Source: Salpingoeca rosetta | Taxonomy: Eukaryota; Protista; Choanoflagellata | Assembly: GCA_033442325.1 (NCBI GenBank) | Contig: JAWQFM010000002.1 | Coordinates: 395,841 to 459,840 of the forward strand | Reading direction: 5' to 3' | DNA: 64,000 nucleotides | Shown: piece by piece, positions 28,599 through 49,861 of the stretch | Layout: every line of letters starts with the position of its first letter | How positions within the stretch are numbered: position 1 is the first letter of the stretch | Notes under the pieces: model-generated | What the model was told of the DNA's origin: nothing | What the model saw: the letters and a program-made list of their open reading frames with translations, nothing else | The model's database searches: none | Program-made: the position numbers and the translations under genes

Positions 28599-30406
28599 TA
28601 CACATCCACGCATAAAAACACGCACCTGGGCGAGTTCCGGCCATGCTTGGGGAGACAAAGAGGCCACCGGGCCACTTGGAGTAGGCGAAGATCATGTGCT
28701 TACGGATGGACTTGTTGCGGAACAGCACGCACGACGCGCCCTTGGCGCCCCAGCCGTACTTGTGGATGTCGGCAGACATGGAGGTGACGGCTTTCACGCG
28801 GAAGTCAAACACGGGCACCTTATAGCCGAGCTTCTCCACCCACGGCAGCATGAAGCCGCCAAAGCACGCATCGACGTGCAGGGGCAGGCCGCGTGCCTCC
28901 GCCAGCGCACCAGCAGCCTCAACAGGGTCAACAATGCCTGGAAGAGAGGGGGGTTGTAGGGAATGAGGAGGGCATAGTGGTGGGTGGAGGGGAAAGGGAC
29001 GTGTGAGCGTGAGAGGGACGCCATGCGTGAGCACGTGAGCAGGGAGTGTGATGCAGATGCGCAAATGCTGTTCACGTTGCGCACAGCTCGCACACACACA
29101 CACACATGCACACAGCTCGCACACGCACACACATGCACACAAACACACATACACTTGCACGCAGCATAGTGTAGGCTTGGCAGTACCGTGCGGGTACTGC
29201 GGGGCGGAGACGGCAAGGGCGATGGTGTTGTGGGTGATGGCTTTGGCCATGGCGCTGACATCTGCGCGCATGTTCTTGTCCACGGGCACTGTCACGATGC
29301 GCACGTTGAAGTACGCGCCGGCCTTCTGAAACGCAGGGTGGATCGTGATGGGGCACACCTGCCAATGATTGTAATCGTGTGGCATGCACTGGTTAGGATG
29401 TTGGCCAACAGGATGAAGTCGCATACCCAGCAGCACGCACATGCACGCAAGCATACACATACATGCATGCATGCATGCATGCTGCATGCACACGCACACT
29501 GAGACACACACAAGCACAGACATACAATGCACGCAAATACAACACACAAACACACACACACACACACACACAAGCACAGACACACACACACACACACACA
29601 CAAGCACAGACACACACGTGCACGCACGCAAATAAAACACACAAACACAGACACGTGCACGCAGGTCACACGCCACAGCGCAGCACACAGAGCAGTGAAC
29701 ACACAATCTCCGGGTCGGTGATGCTTGGGCGTAGGGTGCGAGCCATATCGCGGTACGTCTTGACGGCCATGAGGATGCTCTCCGTGCCGCCGGAGGTGAG
29801 GTTGCCAACGACGTTTTCGTCACCGTTCAACATGTCCGCAATCATGCTGCACGTCTCCGTCTCAAAGAGGCGAAGGCTTGGGAAGGCGGCCGGGTTGAGC
29901 CCGTTCTCGTGGGAGAAGATGTTGTAAGCCTGGGTCACAAACGCGTCCATGGACTCATCCGTAAGGCCATACTTGTCCTTGAACATGGACTGTGCCTTGC
30001 GAACGGCCTGCATGTGCTTGTCCTTCTCCGTGGTGTACACAAGGGCAAAGAGGCGCCCATGGTCTGCGTCGGCGTCCTTGTTCTTCAGCTCCCGCATGCG
30101 CTCGAGCAGTTCCTCCACGGGAACGCCCTTCTCCGGCAGGGTGACGCGCTCCGAGATGGCCTTCTTTTCCGCGCCGTCGTCGCCGTCGCCGGACTTTGGC
30201 ATGAGCTTGCCCACGGCGTCATGTGCTTCACGCGCGATGACAAAGGCCAGGATGGCGTTCAGGCCGGGGATGGCTGCTCGCAGGGCGGCGATGAACTGCG
30301 CCGTCGCCGCCTGCGCACCGGCCTTGACATACGTGCGCACCAGCGCCGTCACAAACAGCGCAGTGACCACGTAAGCCACGCAGCTGACAATCCCACACAG
30401 TCCCAT
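27603..30406 (-). CDS. SGPL1: Sphingosine-1-phosphate lyase
   Basis: N-terminal TM segment; FSHENGLNPAAFPSLRLFETETCSM; GNLTSGGTESILMAVKTYRD; LHVDACFGGF; PLP lysine motif SMSADIHKYG; WPGGLFVSPSMAGTRPG. Confidence 0.95.
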
Positions 30407-30616
30407 CGTTGTTGTTGCTGTGTGAGTGGTGATGTGATCGGATCGACGATGAGATGGAGAACGACGAACAACCTTGGTTTGGTGGTTGTTGTTGGTCAGT
30501 GCCTTGTTTGTGTGTGAATTGAGGACGATTGTATGAAGATGTTCACAAAACTTCTCAAATTGCGCTCCAGCCGACAACAAGCAACATTGCAACACACACA
30601 CACACACACACACACA

Positions 30617-30652
<36 letters not shown>

Positions 30653-30707
30653 ATACACATACACACATACACACACTCGCACACATACATACACACATAC
30701 ACACAGC

Positions 30708-31383
30708 ATGGATGTTGAAGTGGCTGGCAGTGGTGAGGATGAGAAGGCACGTGTCACGACGGGTTTGGATGTGGGGAAACATGTGACGGGGATGCGACGC
30801 GTGTACAAGGGAGAGCCCGTGAGCGCAGCTAGCCTGCATGAGGACCCGCTGAAGCAGTTCAAGCTGTGGTTGCAAGACGCCGTGGAGGCGGAGGAGAATG
30901 AGCCAAACGCCATGACGCTGGCCACGGCAGACGAGGACGGCGTGCCTAACGCACGCATGGTGCTGCTCAAGGGCGTGGACAAGCGCGGCTTCCGCTTCTT
31001 CACCAACTACGACTCGCAGAAGGGGAGGGAGCTCACGGGAAACCCGCGCGCAACCCTGGTGTTCTGGTGGCAGTCGCTCAGCCGCTCCGTGCGTGTGCAC
31101 GGCCAGGTGGAACGGGTCCCCGACGCTGAATCTGACGAGTACTTTGAAAGCCGGCCCATTGGCAGTCAGATTGGCGCCATCATCTCCACTCAGAGCAAGG
31201 TGCAGGGACTGTGTGTGTGTGTGTGTGTTGTGTGTGTGTGTGTGTGTTCTGTCCTACCGTCTCTCTGCTGCTCTTCTTTGTCGCTCTGCTTTTGTTGCCT
31301 TGGCTGACACGTGCACCTCTGTAGCTCTCTTGAAGCCCAGAGTCACACGCACACCCACACACGCACACATGTTGCACAAACGG

Positions 31384-31435
<52 letters not shown>

Positions 31436-31763
31436 ACAAATACACACACTCACTCACTCACACCCCGCGCACGGCATGCGCTGGCTTCTGCAGCCGCTGC
31501 ACAGTAGGAGGGAGCTGAACGAGGAGTATCAGCGACTGATGGCCGAGTGCGCAGAAGGCCGCTATGTTCCTCGCCGTCCCGCGCACTGGGGCGGTTTCAT
31601 CGTGCGGCCTCTCTGGATCGAGTTCTGGCAGGGCCAGCCGAGCCGTCTGCACGACCGCATCCGCTACACGCGTTGCACCACCACTGACGCGCCCCCTTCG
31701 ACCGACGGCGACACTGAAGACGTGGCCTCCCCTGCTTTCACCAAGGAGGCTCTCTACCCTTGA
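30708..31763 (+). CDS. PNPO: Pyridoxine/pyridoxamine 5'-phosphate oxidase
   Basis: [10 protein letters not shown]...ARMVLLKG...[13 protein letters not shown]...[13 protein letters not shown]|...RPAHWGGF...[17 protein letters not shown]; one intron, 31200 to about 31492. Confidence 0.96.
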
Positions 31764-32806
31764 TCCAGTGCAAATTGCTTGCTCGCATGCGCAACAAAAG
31801 GGGCCAAAAAGAAAGGAGGAAGGAAGAGGAGGGAGATAGTGGATTCGCCCGTTTGTTGTGTTGTGTGTGCGCGCATTGTTGCGCTGCTTTCGAGGCTGCT
31901 TTGAGGTGCTTGCCTTATGTTTGTACAGCGTGCCCCTCTGCCCTTTGCCGAATAATTGACCTGTCGGATAGAATTGTGTGATGCGACATTCATATGTAAA
32001 ATGTAATCTGACCATTTTAAACGCCTTGGACGTGATGCTGCGTACACTTCGACACGTCTGCGGATAACTGGATAAGGTTGTGATGTTGTCCTGTTGTCGT
32101 ACTTCTGGCGCCTTGAGAGCTGGGTGACTGCGCTCGCGCGAGAGCATGATGGCCCCCGACAGCTTGTCCAGAAAACCCTGCAGCAACCCGAAACAAGGAA
32201 ACAAGAACAAACCAACACCCTAACACCACTTGATCTCTGGAGTCACTGGATCACATCGCAAGAAGGAAGGAAGAACAACTGAATCACCATCTTCCCCTTC
32301 GTTCCCCCCAATCTACACCTAAGCTCTACTGCCATCCCGCATGTCACACGTGCATCCTCACACCCAACACACCGCATCATAGGACAGGAGAAGGAAGGGA
32401 GGCAGGGAGGCAGCCAAGAGCTACAGGACAGACAGACTTCTTCTTTCTCTCTTTCTCTGTATTCGCTTGCTTGGGGTGCAGCGCTGAGGTGCTTGGGCAA
32501 TTTTCACTTTCAAATTTGCGGTTGGGTGTGCACACAAACAAACAAGAGGAAGCAAGACAAGCAAGAAGAAAAACCAAACTGGAAACAGCAGACTGCGACA
32601 ACAGCGCACCCAGCCCACCCACCTGCACCAGGAAGCCGCGTTCATCGTCGCGTTCATCCTCCCTTCCTTCCCTCCTCGCTCCTTCGTAGGCACCAACCGC
32701 CAGAGACACAACAGAGCACGCCACACACCACACAACTCAGCAGATACACACGCACATATCCAACACAACATCACAGCACAGCACAGCACGCAGCCACGTC
32801 GGCAAG

Positions 32807-33532
32807 ATGCAGATGGACTCGCGTGCAGACGAGTCAGACCTTCCGTCACGGCTCAATGCCAAGGATAGATCTCTCTTGCTGGAGGTTGGTGCTGTTTTCT
32901 CGCACACCTGTGTTCCTTGACAAGCACACACACACACACATGCACACACACACATGCACACATGCACATGCACACACATGCACACACATGCACACACACA
33001 TGCACACACACATGCACACACACATGCACCCATACATGCACACAGAGGCATCCACACTCGAGCGCGACCACGCACCTTTGCGCGCGTCCTCACTCCACAA
33101 CCCTCCCGCCCTTTCTCCTCACACCTGTCGCAGGTATCCCTGAAGTACCGCGTCAAGTATGTGGGATCGCCGTCCGCGGAGGGCGACGAGGCGACCGTCA
33201 GGTAACGCATGGAGCCATGCGCTCGCACAAAGCGCTCGCATGAACTCATGCTAGCCAGCTCGCTGGTCAGGTGTGAGTGACACGTGTGCGCCGTGTCCTC
33301 ACGCCACCAACCACCATGCGCACGCAACAACTGGCAACTGCAACTGCAGGGCGGACAAGCCCATCCCCGTGGAGAGCTCGGTGTATTATTTCGAGGCCAC
33401 GGTCCACACGCGCGGCGAGCCAGGGTGAGCGTTGTATGCAGAGGCGTGCTGACTGTTCTGTCCAGCTCTGAGAGCACACGATGCAGGCGACCTCACAACT
33501 GTCACACACATACACAAATACACATACAAACA

Positions 33533-33575
<43 letters not shown>

Positions 33576-34586
33576 CACACACACAATGTTGCAGACGCAT
33601 GTGCGTGGGGTTTGTACCTGCGGGCAGTTCATTGGGCAAGCTGCCGGGCTCCGATCAGGGCTCAATCGGGTACTCGGACGACGGGCGCGTCGGCGACGGC
33701 ACCGGGTTTGAGCGGTATGGCCCTTCCTATTCGGTGAAGGACGTCGTTGGGTGCTGCATCAACTTCTCCAAGAAGACCATCTTCTTCACCAAGAACGGCG
33801 AGCAGCTCGGTAAGCACACACATGCACACGCGCACGTGCACACGCGCGCACACGCACACACGCACACGCTCAAGCAGCAGACAGCGCGCGCAGGCATACT
33901 CTCGTTGTCAATCCACCTACAGATCCATCTTACAGGCTCGAAACGGGAGACACACGCACACACACGCACACGCGCACACATGTTGCATGTTCTCATCATT
34001 GACGCGTTTCTCGCTCCCCCCCTTTTCCCCACCGCAGGAGAGGTGCTGCTGCCTGCGTCGGTGTCCAAAGGCGTCGCATTCTACCCCGCAATCGGCCTCA
34101 CAAACGCTCGCAGGGAAGTACACGTCAACTTTGGTCAGGACCCGTTTGTCTTCAACATCGACCACTACAAGGCGGTGCGTGTGCCGCGCGTGCACGGTGT
34201 TGTTTGGTGCCGGCGGTGGGGCTCGTGCATGTGTGTGTGTGTGCGCATGTGTGTGTGCGCATGTGTGTGTGCGCATGTGTGTGTGCATGTGTGTGTGTGC
34301 ATGTGTGTGTGTGTGTGCGCATGTGTGTGTGTGTGTGTGTGTGTGCGTGCTTCGAATGCGCAGGGCACCGAGAGAGAGCACAGCGTGCCATGCAGCGCCA
34401 CACCACCTCACGTGTCTGTTGTGCACATGTTCAGGAGTTGCGATCGGCAACACACGAAGAGATTATGCAGACAGAGCTGCCGGAGCAGACACATGCGCGG
34501 TTACACGAGGTGGGCAAGGAGGAGGACGCGCTGTGGCATATGTGCATGCACTTATTTTGACTTAAGACGAGCGAAGTGCACGTGCG

Positions 34587-34629
<43 letters not shown>

Positions 34630-35316
34630 CAGACGCACACACAATCACACAGACACAGACGCAGACACAGACACTCACAATCACTCACTCACATTCTTCT
34701 CTGTGTCCTTCACTCACACATTGCTCTTCACACACACGTAGATGGTGCTGGAGTATTTGGAGCACATGGGATATCTGGAAACAGCGAAACAGCTGGCACA
34801 CAGCTCACACACCACCATGGCTTGCAAGGAAGAAGACATTCGAAACAGACAAGGTTTGCTCTAAGATGCTGGTGTTGCTGTTGGCGATGGTGGGGATGTT
34901 GGGGGATGGGCTTGATAAATCGGCTGATGGTCGCTCGAGCGTACCAATCTTCTCACGCAAGCACACACACACACACACATCAACGCACGCGTACCCTTGG
35001 TTGTTGGTTCATTGTGTGGTGAACAGTGGTGCGGCAACACATCCTGGGCGGAAATCTGACGGAAGCAATTGCAAGCATCGAAGCGCTCTTTCCGTCACTG
35101 CTGGAGCGAAACACAGACCTCACATTCAAGCTGAGATGCCGGCAGTTTGTGGAGATGATCCTCACGACACAAGGTACGCGCGCACGTGTGTGCTGGTGTG
35201 TTTGTCACAACAATGACATGAAGAAGGTGCTTATATCAGCCTTTAATGACATGAAGAAGGTGCTTATATCAGCCTTTACTCACGCAGTCACACACCCACA
35301 TACATACACACACAAC

Positions 35317-35354
<38 letters not shown>

Positions 35355-36281
35355 CACACAACCACACACACACACACACAACCACACACACACACACACA
35401 TACACACATCACAACCACCACCACCACGCCAATATCCATGACTGACTGCTGGACTGCAGATCAATCGGACGAGTCGCTGTCTGCAATTCTTGCTGTCGGG
35501 CAGGGCCTGTATGAGCTGAGCAGACGCGAGGACACGCACAGCGACGAGAACGATACGCTCTTTGAGGTGTGAGTCTGTATGCATGTGTGTGCGTGTGGGG
35601 GGGGGGGGATTGCGTGCATGTTGTGTGCATGGGTCCTTGTGAACGACGTGGAAAAGACTTGCAGTTAAGAAGCGACAACAGTCAACACAGCGACAAGTAC
35701 GCCTTCGCACTCGCTCACCGCCCTTTCTTTGTCGTGCGCATGTGTGTGTGCGTGTGTGTGTGTGCGCGCTGCAGGATGCATCGTCACTGCTTGCGTTTTC
35801 GGACACATCCAACGAGACGTACGCGCGACTGTCGAGTCAGGACCGCCGCGTCGAACTCGCAGATATCGTCAACACAGAGCTCCTCCGTACGTCCTGTTGG
35901 GCCATGTCTTGCGATCTTCACGTGGCGTGCTTTGCGATGTTGTTTCAATTTCAAGTGCACCGAGGCACACACACACACACACACACACATACATGCTTGT
36001 GTCGATTGCCACAGGTGCACAGTCGTGTAATCCGGAGCCGATGCTGCTTCGAATCTTTGGCAACATCGAGGTGCGATGAAAATTGACGCCACCACTGTGA
36101 CGCACGTTCATGCATCACAATTCACGCTCATTTCTCCAACCGCACCTCACTCCCGCACCACGCTTTATGACACATCTCTCCCACCACTTTTGTTTGTTTG
36201 CAGACGTTTATGCAACGCATGCGCGAGCACCGAATGGGCCTGACGGCGCTCCTGGACATCCCACGCTTGCTCGAGTCCTGA
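32807..36281 (+). CDS. RANBP9: Ran-binding protein 9/10-like (SPRY-LisH-CTLH-CRA; CTLH/GID complex)
   Basis: SPRY: [47 protein letters not shown]; LisH: [18 protein letters not shown]; CTLH: [14 protein letters not shown]; CRA: DASSLLAF. Confidence 0.88.
35212..35277 (+). repeat. Perfect 33-bp tandem duplication in a RanBP intron
   Basis: AATGACATGAAGAAGGTGCTTATATCAGCCTTT x2. Confidence 0.95.
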
Positions 36282-36728
36282 CGGGATGTGCTACTTCATC
36301 CACTCACGCACGCGCACATACGTCGCTGTCGTTGTTTGTGTTGTTGTGCATGCGTGTGCACGTGCAAGTTTATGTATGCGTCATGCTTTGCTTGATCGTG
36401 GAGATGGCCATTGCATTCGTGTGTGTGTGTGTATGTATGTGTGTGTGTGTGCGTGCGTGTGTGTTTGTCCTTAACAAACAATCGTTACACCCTTTTCATT
36501 ACAAAACAAATACACTGTATTGTGTCAGCAGCTGTTACCACGCCGCATCTCACACACACACCCGCGTGCCAGCGCGCTTTCATCATGGAAGATAATCAAA
36601 TACGTGTGCACACAAAGCACAGGAGGTGAGCGACATGTGCACACACACATCGCAGCAAAATAAACAACAAAAGCAGCCCTGCACCACCCGAGTCCAAAAG
36701 GCCGGTACATCACACCACAGCCAATTCG

Positions 36729-44674
<7,946 letters not shown>

Positions 44675-45074
44675 CTTGGTGCTGCTGTTGTGTGGGTGGT
44701 GTGGGTTGTCGTTGTCCTTTTTGCTTGGCAACAACGGAAAATTGCACAAAGATGCCCACAAATCTTCACAACTGGTGGTGTGTGAGTTTGTGTGTGTGTG
44801 TGTGTTTGCATGTGAGTGTGTACGTGTGTGTGCGTGCGTGTGTGAGTTTGTGTGTGTGTGTGTGTGCACGTGTGTGTGTGTGTGTGTGCATGTGTGTGTG
44901 TGTGCGACACAAGTGGCTTGCTGGGCTTGCTTGGTTTTGGTTGTTTTCATTGGTGACACAGTTGTTCTCAGGCTAGTCATGTAACGAAAGCGAACACGGA
45001 GCAAAAGCAACAAGGGTCGGTCAGTCAGTCAGTCAGCCAGTCGGTCAGTCCGCCAGGCTGGTCGCTGCAAGCTT

Positions 45075-45477
45075 CTACTGCACGTGCTGATGGTTTGATT
45101 CGTTGACCACGACGGCATAGGTGCAGCATAGCTTGTGCTCGCCCCAGTGCTGGCGCTGGCAGGCGGGGCTGCAGTAGTATGCCTGATAGCATCCAGTGCA
45201 GCAAAACTCGGCGTGTTGGCCACAAAGCACACACGCCGGCACGCGAACCTGCGGCACGCCGTCGTCGCCAACGCCCGCATAGGCTTGGTGCTGTGTTGTG
45301 GGGACATACGGCTGCTGTGGAGGCAGGGACGGAGGCAGGGGTGGAGGCAGAGTTGTTGGTAGATAACGGGGCTGGATGGATGAAACATCCGCCCGCACAG
45401 GATAGTACCCAACAGGGAAAGGTTGCTGCTGCTGCTGCTGCTGCTGCTGGTGGTGGTGGTGGTCGTATTGATATTCG

Positions 45478-45565
<88 letters not shown>

Positions 45566-47180
45566 GCCGCTGCCTGAACGTTGTTGTGGGTGCTTGCGGA
45601 CACTTTCTGCGCGTGTGTCCCTGGCACCGGCAGATGCTGCACGTTGGCGGGCGTCGCTTCTTCTTGACCCGCAGCTGCGCTCCAGGGCTCTCCGCCACGT
45701 TGGTCGCTGACAACGGCACCGTGTGCCCCTCTCGTGCTGCTGGAGGCAGCTGTNNNNNNNNNNNNNNNNNNNNNNNNNNNNNNNNNNNNNNNNNNNNNNN
45801 NNNNNNNNNNNNNNNNNNNNNNNNNNNNNNNNNNNNNNNNNNNNNNNNNNNNNNNNNNNNNNNNNNNNNNNNNNNNNNNNNNNNNNNNNNNNNNNNNNNN
45901 NNNNNNNNNNNNNNNNNNNNNNNNNNNNNNNNNNNNNNNNNNNNNNNNNNNNNNNNNNNNNNNNNNNNNNNNNNNNNNNNNNNNNNNNNNNNNNNNNNNN
46001 NNNNNNNNNNNNNNNNNNNNNNNNNNNNNNNNNNNNNNNNNNNNNNNNNNNNNNNNNNNNNNNNNNNNNNNNNNNNNNNNNNNNNNNNNNNNNNNNNNNN
46101 NNNNNNNNNNNNNNNNNNNNNNNNNGTTGCATTGGTTGTTGTTGCATTGGTTGTTGTTGTTGTTGCATTGGTTGTTGTTGCATTGGTTGTTGTTGTTGTT
46201 GCATTGGTTGTTGTTGCATTGGTTGTTGTTGTTGCATTGGTTGTTGTTGCATTGGTTGTTGTTGTTGCATTGGTGGTTGCTGCTGCATTGGTTGTTGTTG
46301 CTGCTGCTGCTGCTGTAACTGCCATTGCTGTTGCTGTTGCTGTGGATGCTGGAGGTGCACAGCATCATTGCCTGTTTGCCCCTCCCCTTGCTGCAACTGC
46401 CATTGTTGCTGCAGCTGCTGCTGTGGTGCATCGCTTGTTCCCGGTCCGTCAGTGACTACCGGTGACGCTGTGTGTTCGCCCGCCTTCGCCGCCACGACTT
46501 CACGTACATGCGCGTCGATTCTGCTCAAAGCCGTCATATCATCAGCAGCAGCAACAGCTCCACCAGTGCCAACGCCCCGCTGTGCACCTGTCATCTGCAC
46601 CACAGCTTCTTCGCTCAGCCCACCACCACCGCCATCAGCGGTGGTTCCGGCAACCCGTGCATCAACACTGCCGTCACGCTCGGCACGCGCGTGCGCGCCG
46701 GTGGTTGTTTGCTCGTTGCCATCGGGTAAATCCCCCTCGTCGTCGTCGCCGTCGCTGCACGCCTCCATCGGCACGGGAAGCAATTGGTCTGGCCGTTGCT
46801 GGCTGCCAGCACCATCGTGTACAGTGCCGCTTTCAGGTTGACCGGGGTTTGAGCGAGCGTTCACACGATCATCTTCGCCATCACCACGTTCACCCCGCAG
46901 ACGGCCAGCGCCATCGCTGGCATCGTCGCCATCACAGCCATTGTCTTCTGCCTCGTCTTCATCTCCACCACCGCCACCACCAACATTATCACCGCTTGCA
47001 CTCACTTCATCATGGCCACCATCATCGCCATCATCGCGGAGGTGCGTGTGCTGCAGCACTGCCACGACCTCGACCTCATACTGACGCCTCCACGCCGCTC
47101 GGGGCGCCGCCGCACACATCCACTCCTCACAGCTCAGCACACGCACCCAGCCTGAAGGGGATGGCAGGCAGCCAGGCACA

Positions 47181-47212
<32 letters not shown>

Positions 47213-48635
47213 ATCATGTTGAGGCCGCTGCTGTTCGTGCTGTTGTTGGTGTTCGTGCTGTCGGTGTTCGTGCTGTGGATGGTGTTCGTGCTGTTGGTGT
47301 TCGTGCTGCCGCTGTCCGACGTCAGCCACGTTGCCATGGTTGTCCGAGTCTCTATTCCCGCCAGTGCGCTCTTGCAACCCTCCTCCTTCGAATTGCTGCT
47401 TCGATGACGCAAGTGTCCTCACCAACGTTACAGCGCCATCATCACCGCGAACAACAGCCGCCCCACTACCCCTTCCACAACCAGCGTCATCATCATCATC
47501 ATCATCATCATCATCGTGGTCGTCGTCATCATATTTACCAGCAACATCATCATATTCACCACCATCATCATCATCGCCATCGGTCAGCAATGCAGCCCTG
47601 CCATCTCCACTGCCAGGACGACTCTGCCACACGCGACGCGGATGGCGACGACGACGACGATGATGATAATGATGATGATGACGACGGTGGTGGTGCGTGA
47701 CTGCGGACAGGAGCATGGTGAGCTCCTCGGCAGGGGTGATGGCGCTGTCAAACAGCACCGCATCTGAAGTCGCAGGGAGCGAGGCAGTCACATCATGCCC
47801 ATCGCCACCATCGCCACCATCATCGACGCTGCGGTCCTGTCTGGCGTGGCTGGCCTGTGTCGACGCATGCTCTGCTGCGCGTGCACCGTCACGGCTGTCC
47901 GGTTGTATGGCTGATGTCTGAACATCACGCGCCATCATGCTCGCCTGTCTCCTCGCATCTTTTCCCACAGTCACTTGGTGTTGCTCCGCTATCGAATACC
48001 CTACCACCTCATCACCATCACCGCCGCTCTTGCTGCTGGCGCGTGGCGCTGGTCCAGTTGTGGATGGCATCGACGATAAAAGTGAAGCAGCATGTTTCCC
48101 GCCAACTTGCTCTCTATCTGTTGCTGATACGCTTGCTGCTTCTGACTCCCCAGCAGGTTTCTGTCGAGAGCTAATACGCACGTGCGAACGGATCCGGTGA
48201 GATCGTTCCCAAGATGACGTGTGTGTGTGTGTGTGTGGGGGGGGGGAATGGGAGGAAGAGAGCAGCTCAAAGCAAAAACAAAGCACAGACACACACACAC
48301 ACACAGACACACACAGACACACACACACACAGACGCAGACACACACACACACACACATACACACAAACAGACGCAGACAGACATACACACACAGACACAC
48401 ACAACCGTGCTTACTCTGGATAGTGGTGCTGCATGGTGCATTTGCTGGAGCAGAGCAACCCGCCGCCATCGTGCGCGGCCCATCCAAACTCTATGCACCA
48501 CATCACAGCCAACAGCAATACCAGCACCCAAGCAGTCGCAAACACACGGCCAGAGCAGCAGCATCAGCGGCACACACGCACAGACATACAGGAACAGGCA
48601 AAGGAGTGAGTGTGCTGCAAGTGCGTTGCTGTTGC

Positions 48636-48696
<61 letters not shown>

Positions 48697-49417
48697 GCTG
48701 CTTCTGCCTCGAAGCAATGATGAGCATGACTGCATGCGTGCTTACCGCCTGAGCGAAAGCCTGGCGAAACTATCTGCCCTGCTTTGTTGAGGTCGAGCCG
48801 AGTGATCTCCGTTTGCATGTGGCGCTGACAAAAACAAGAAGTTTGGGCAGGGGTGAGTGTGAAGTTCAAACAGCAAGGGGAAAGGCAGCTCGGAGAGCTG
48901 TCGTCTTTTTGATTCTTCTTTGAACATGATTACACGCACTCATAAGCACATGCATCCACAAACGCACACCCACACGCATACGCAGATGCACGCACGCATA
49001 CGCATACGCACGCACGCACACATCTGACCATGACTGAGAGGTTGGAGGACAAGACGCGCTGGCAGTAGTAACATTGCGCTGGCGTGCCAAGCTGAAGGCG
49101 AAACCGTGTCGATCTGGTGCAGTGTCAGCAGAAGAAGCAATATGCACGAGGAGGTGAATGCAATTGAGGGTGGAAGCAACAATGATTGGAGGAATCCACT
49201 TGAGTTGAATGTGAACGTGAGTGGATCGAGGAAAAGAGACCCAGGGGTCAAACATGGGCTCCGTCCATGCACACACAAGTGAATCAAATGCTGGATGGAA
49301 AACTTCACACACACACACACAATGCGTGCCATCCATACAGTGTCTCGCCAGTGTCTCGCCAGTGTCTCGCATTGTTCGTGCTTGATCACTTGCCTGTGCA
49401 TGTGCATGTGCATCGAT

Positions 49418-49506
<89 letters not shown>

Positions 49507-49696
49507 CGCACGTACGTATATAGGCATACCTGAGATAGGGCGTTTTGTTGACGTGCTTGCGGCACCAGAACCCCTTTTTCGAACATCCTTTGCAGCTGGC
49601 CACGCTTTGCATCAGCTTGGTCAACATGGCCTCGCGCTCACCAAACTCCATGGCCGTTGTTGTTGTTGTCGTGCGCTCCTGGCTGGTGGTGGTCAT
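45075..49696 (-). CDS. Low-complexity Q/D/H-rich protein with C-terminal CCHC-like and MYND zinc fingers
   Basis: Phase-consistent exons at about 49696/49651-49529, 49113-49023, 48824-48746 and 48170-45075 (gap 45754-46125 lies in a QQQPM repeat); CSICRCQGHTRRKC; MYND CVLCGQHAEFCCTGCYQAYYCSPACQRQHWGEHKLCC. Confidence 0.7.
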
Positions 49697-49861
49697 ATCC
49701 GCTACAGATTATGGTGTCGGATGTCATTTCCTTGCGAACAGCAGCCAGTCAAACAGCGAGCGACCACCCTTCCGCCCCATCCACCCCACCCATTCTCCTC
49801 CTGACCGTGTGTCAGCTTGGAGTGAGGCTCTCCGACTACCGCCCCCACCAACACCAACACC

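Noticed and set aside
31975-32012. C/D box snoRNA (GTGATG...CTGA)
   Set aside because: The C box is imperfect (GTGATGC), the span is too short and there is no terminal stem
48001-48213. Alternative helical-looking frame ALDRNLLGSQKQQ...RW*
   Set aside because: Splice phases of the upstream exons favour the long frame leading to the MYND finger; not excluded without cDNA
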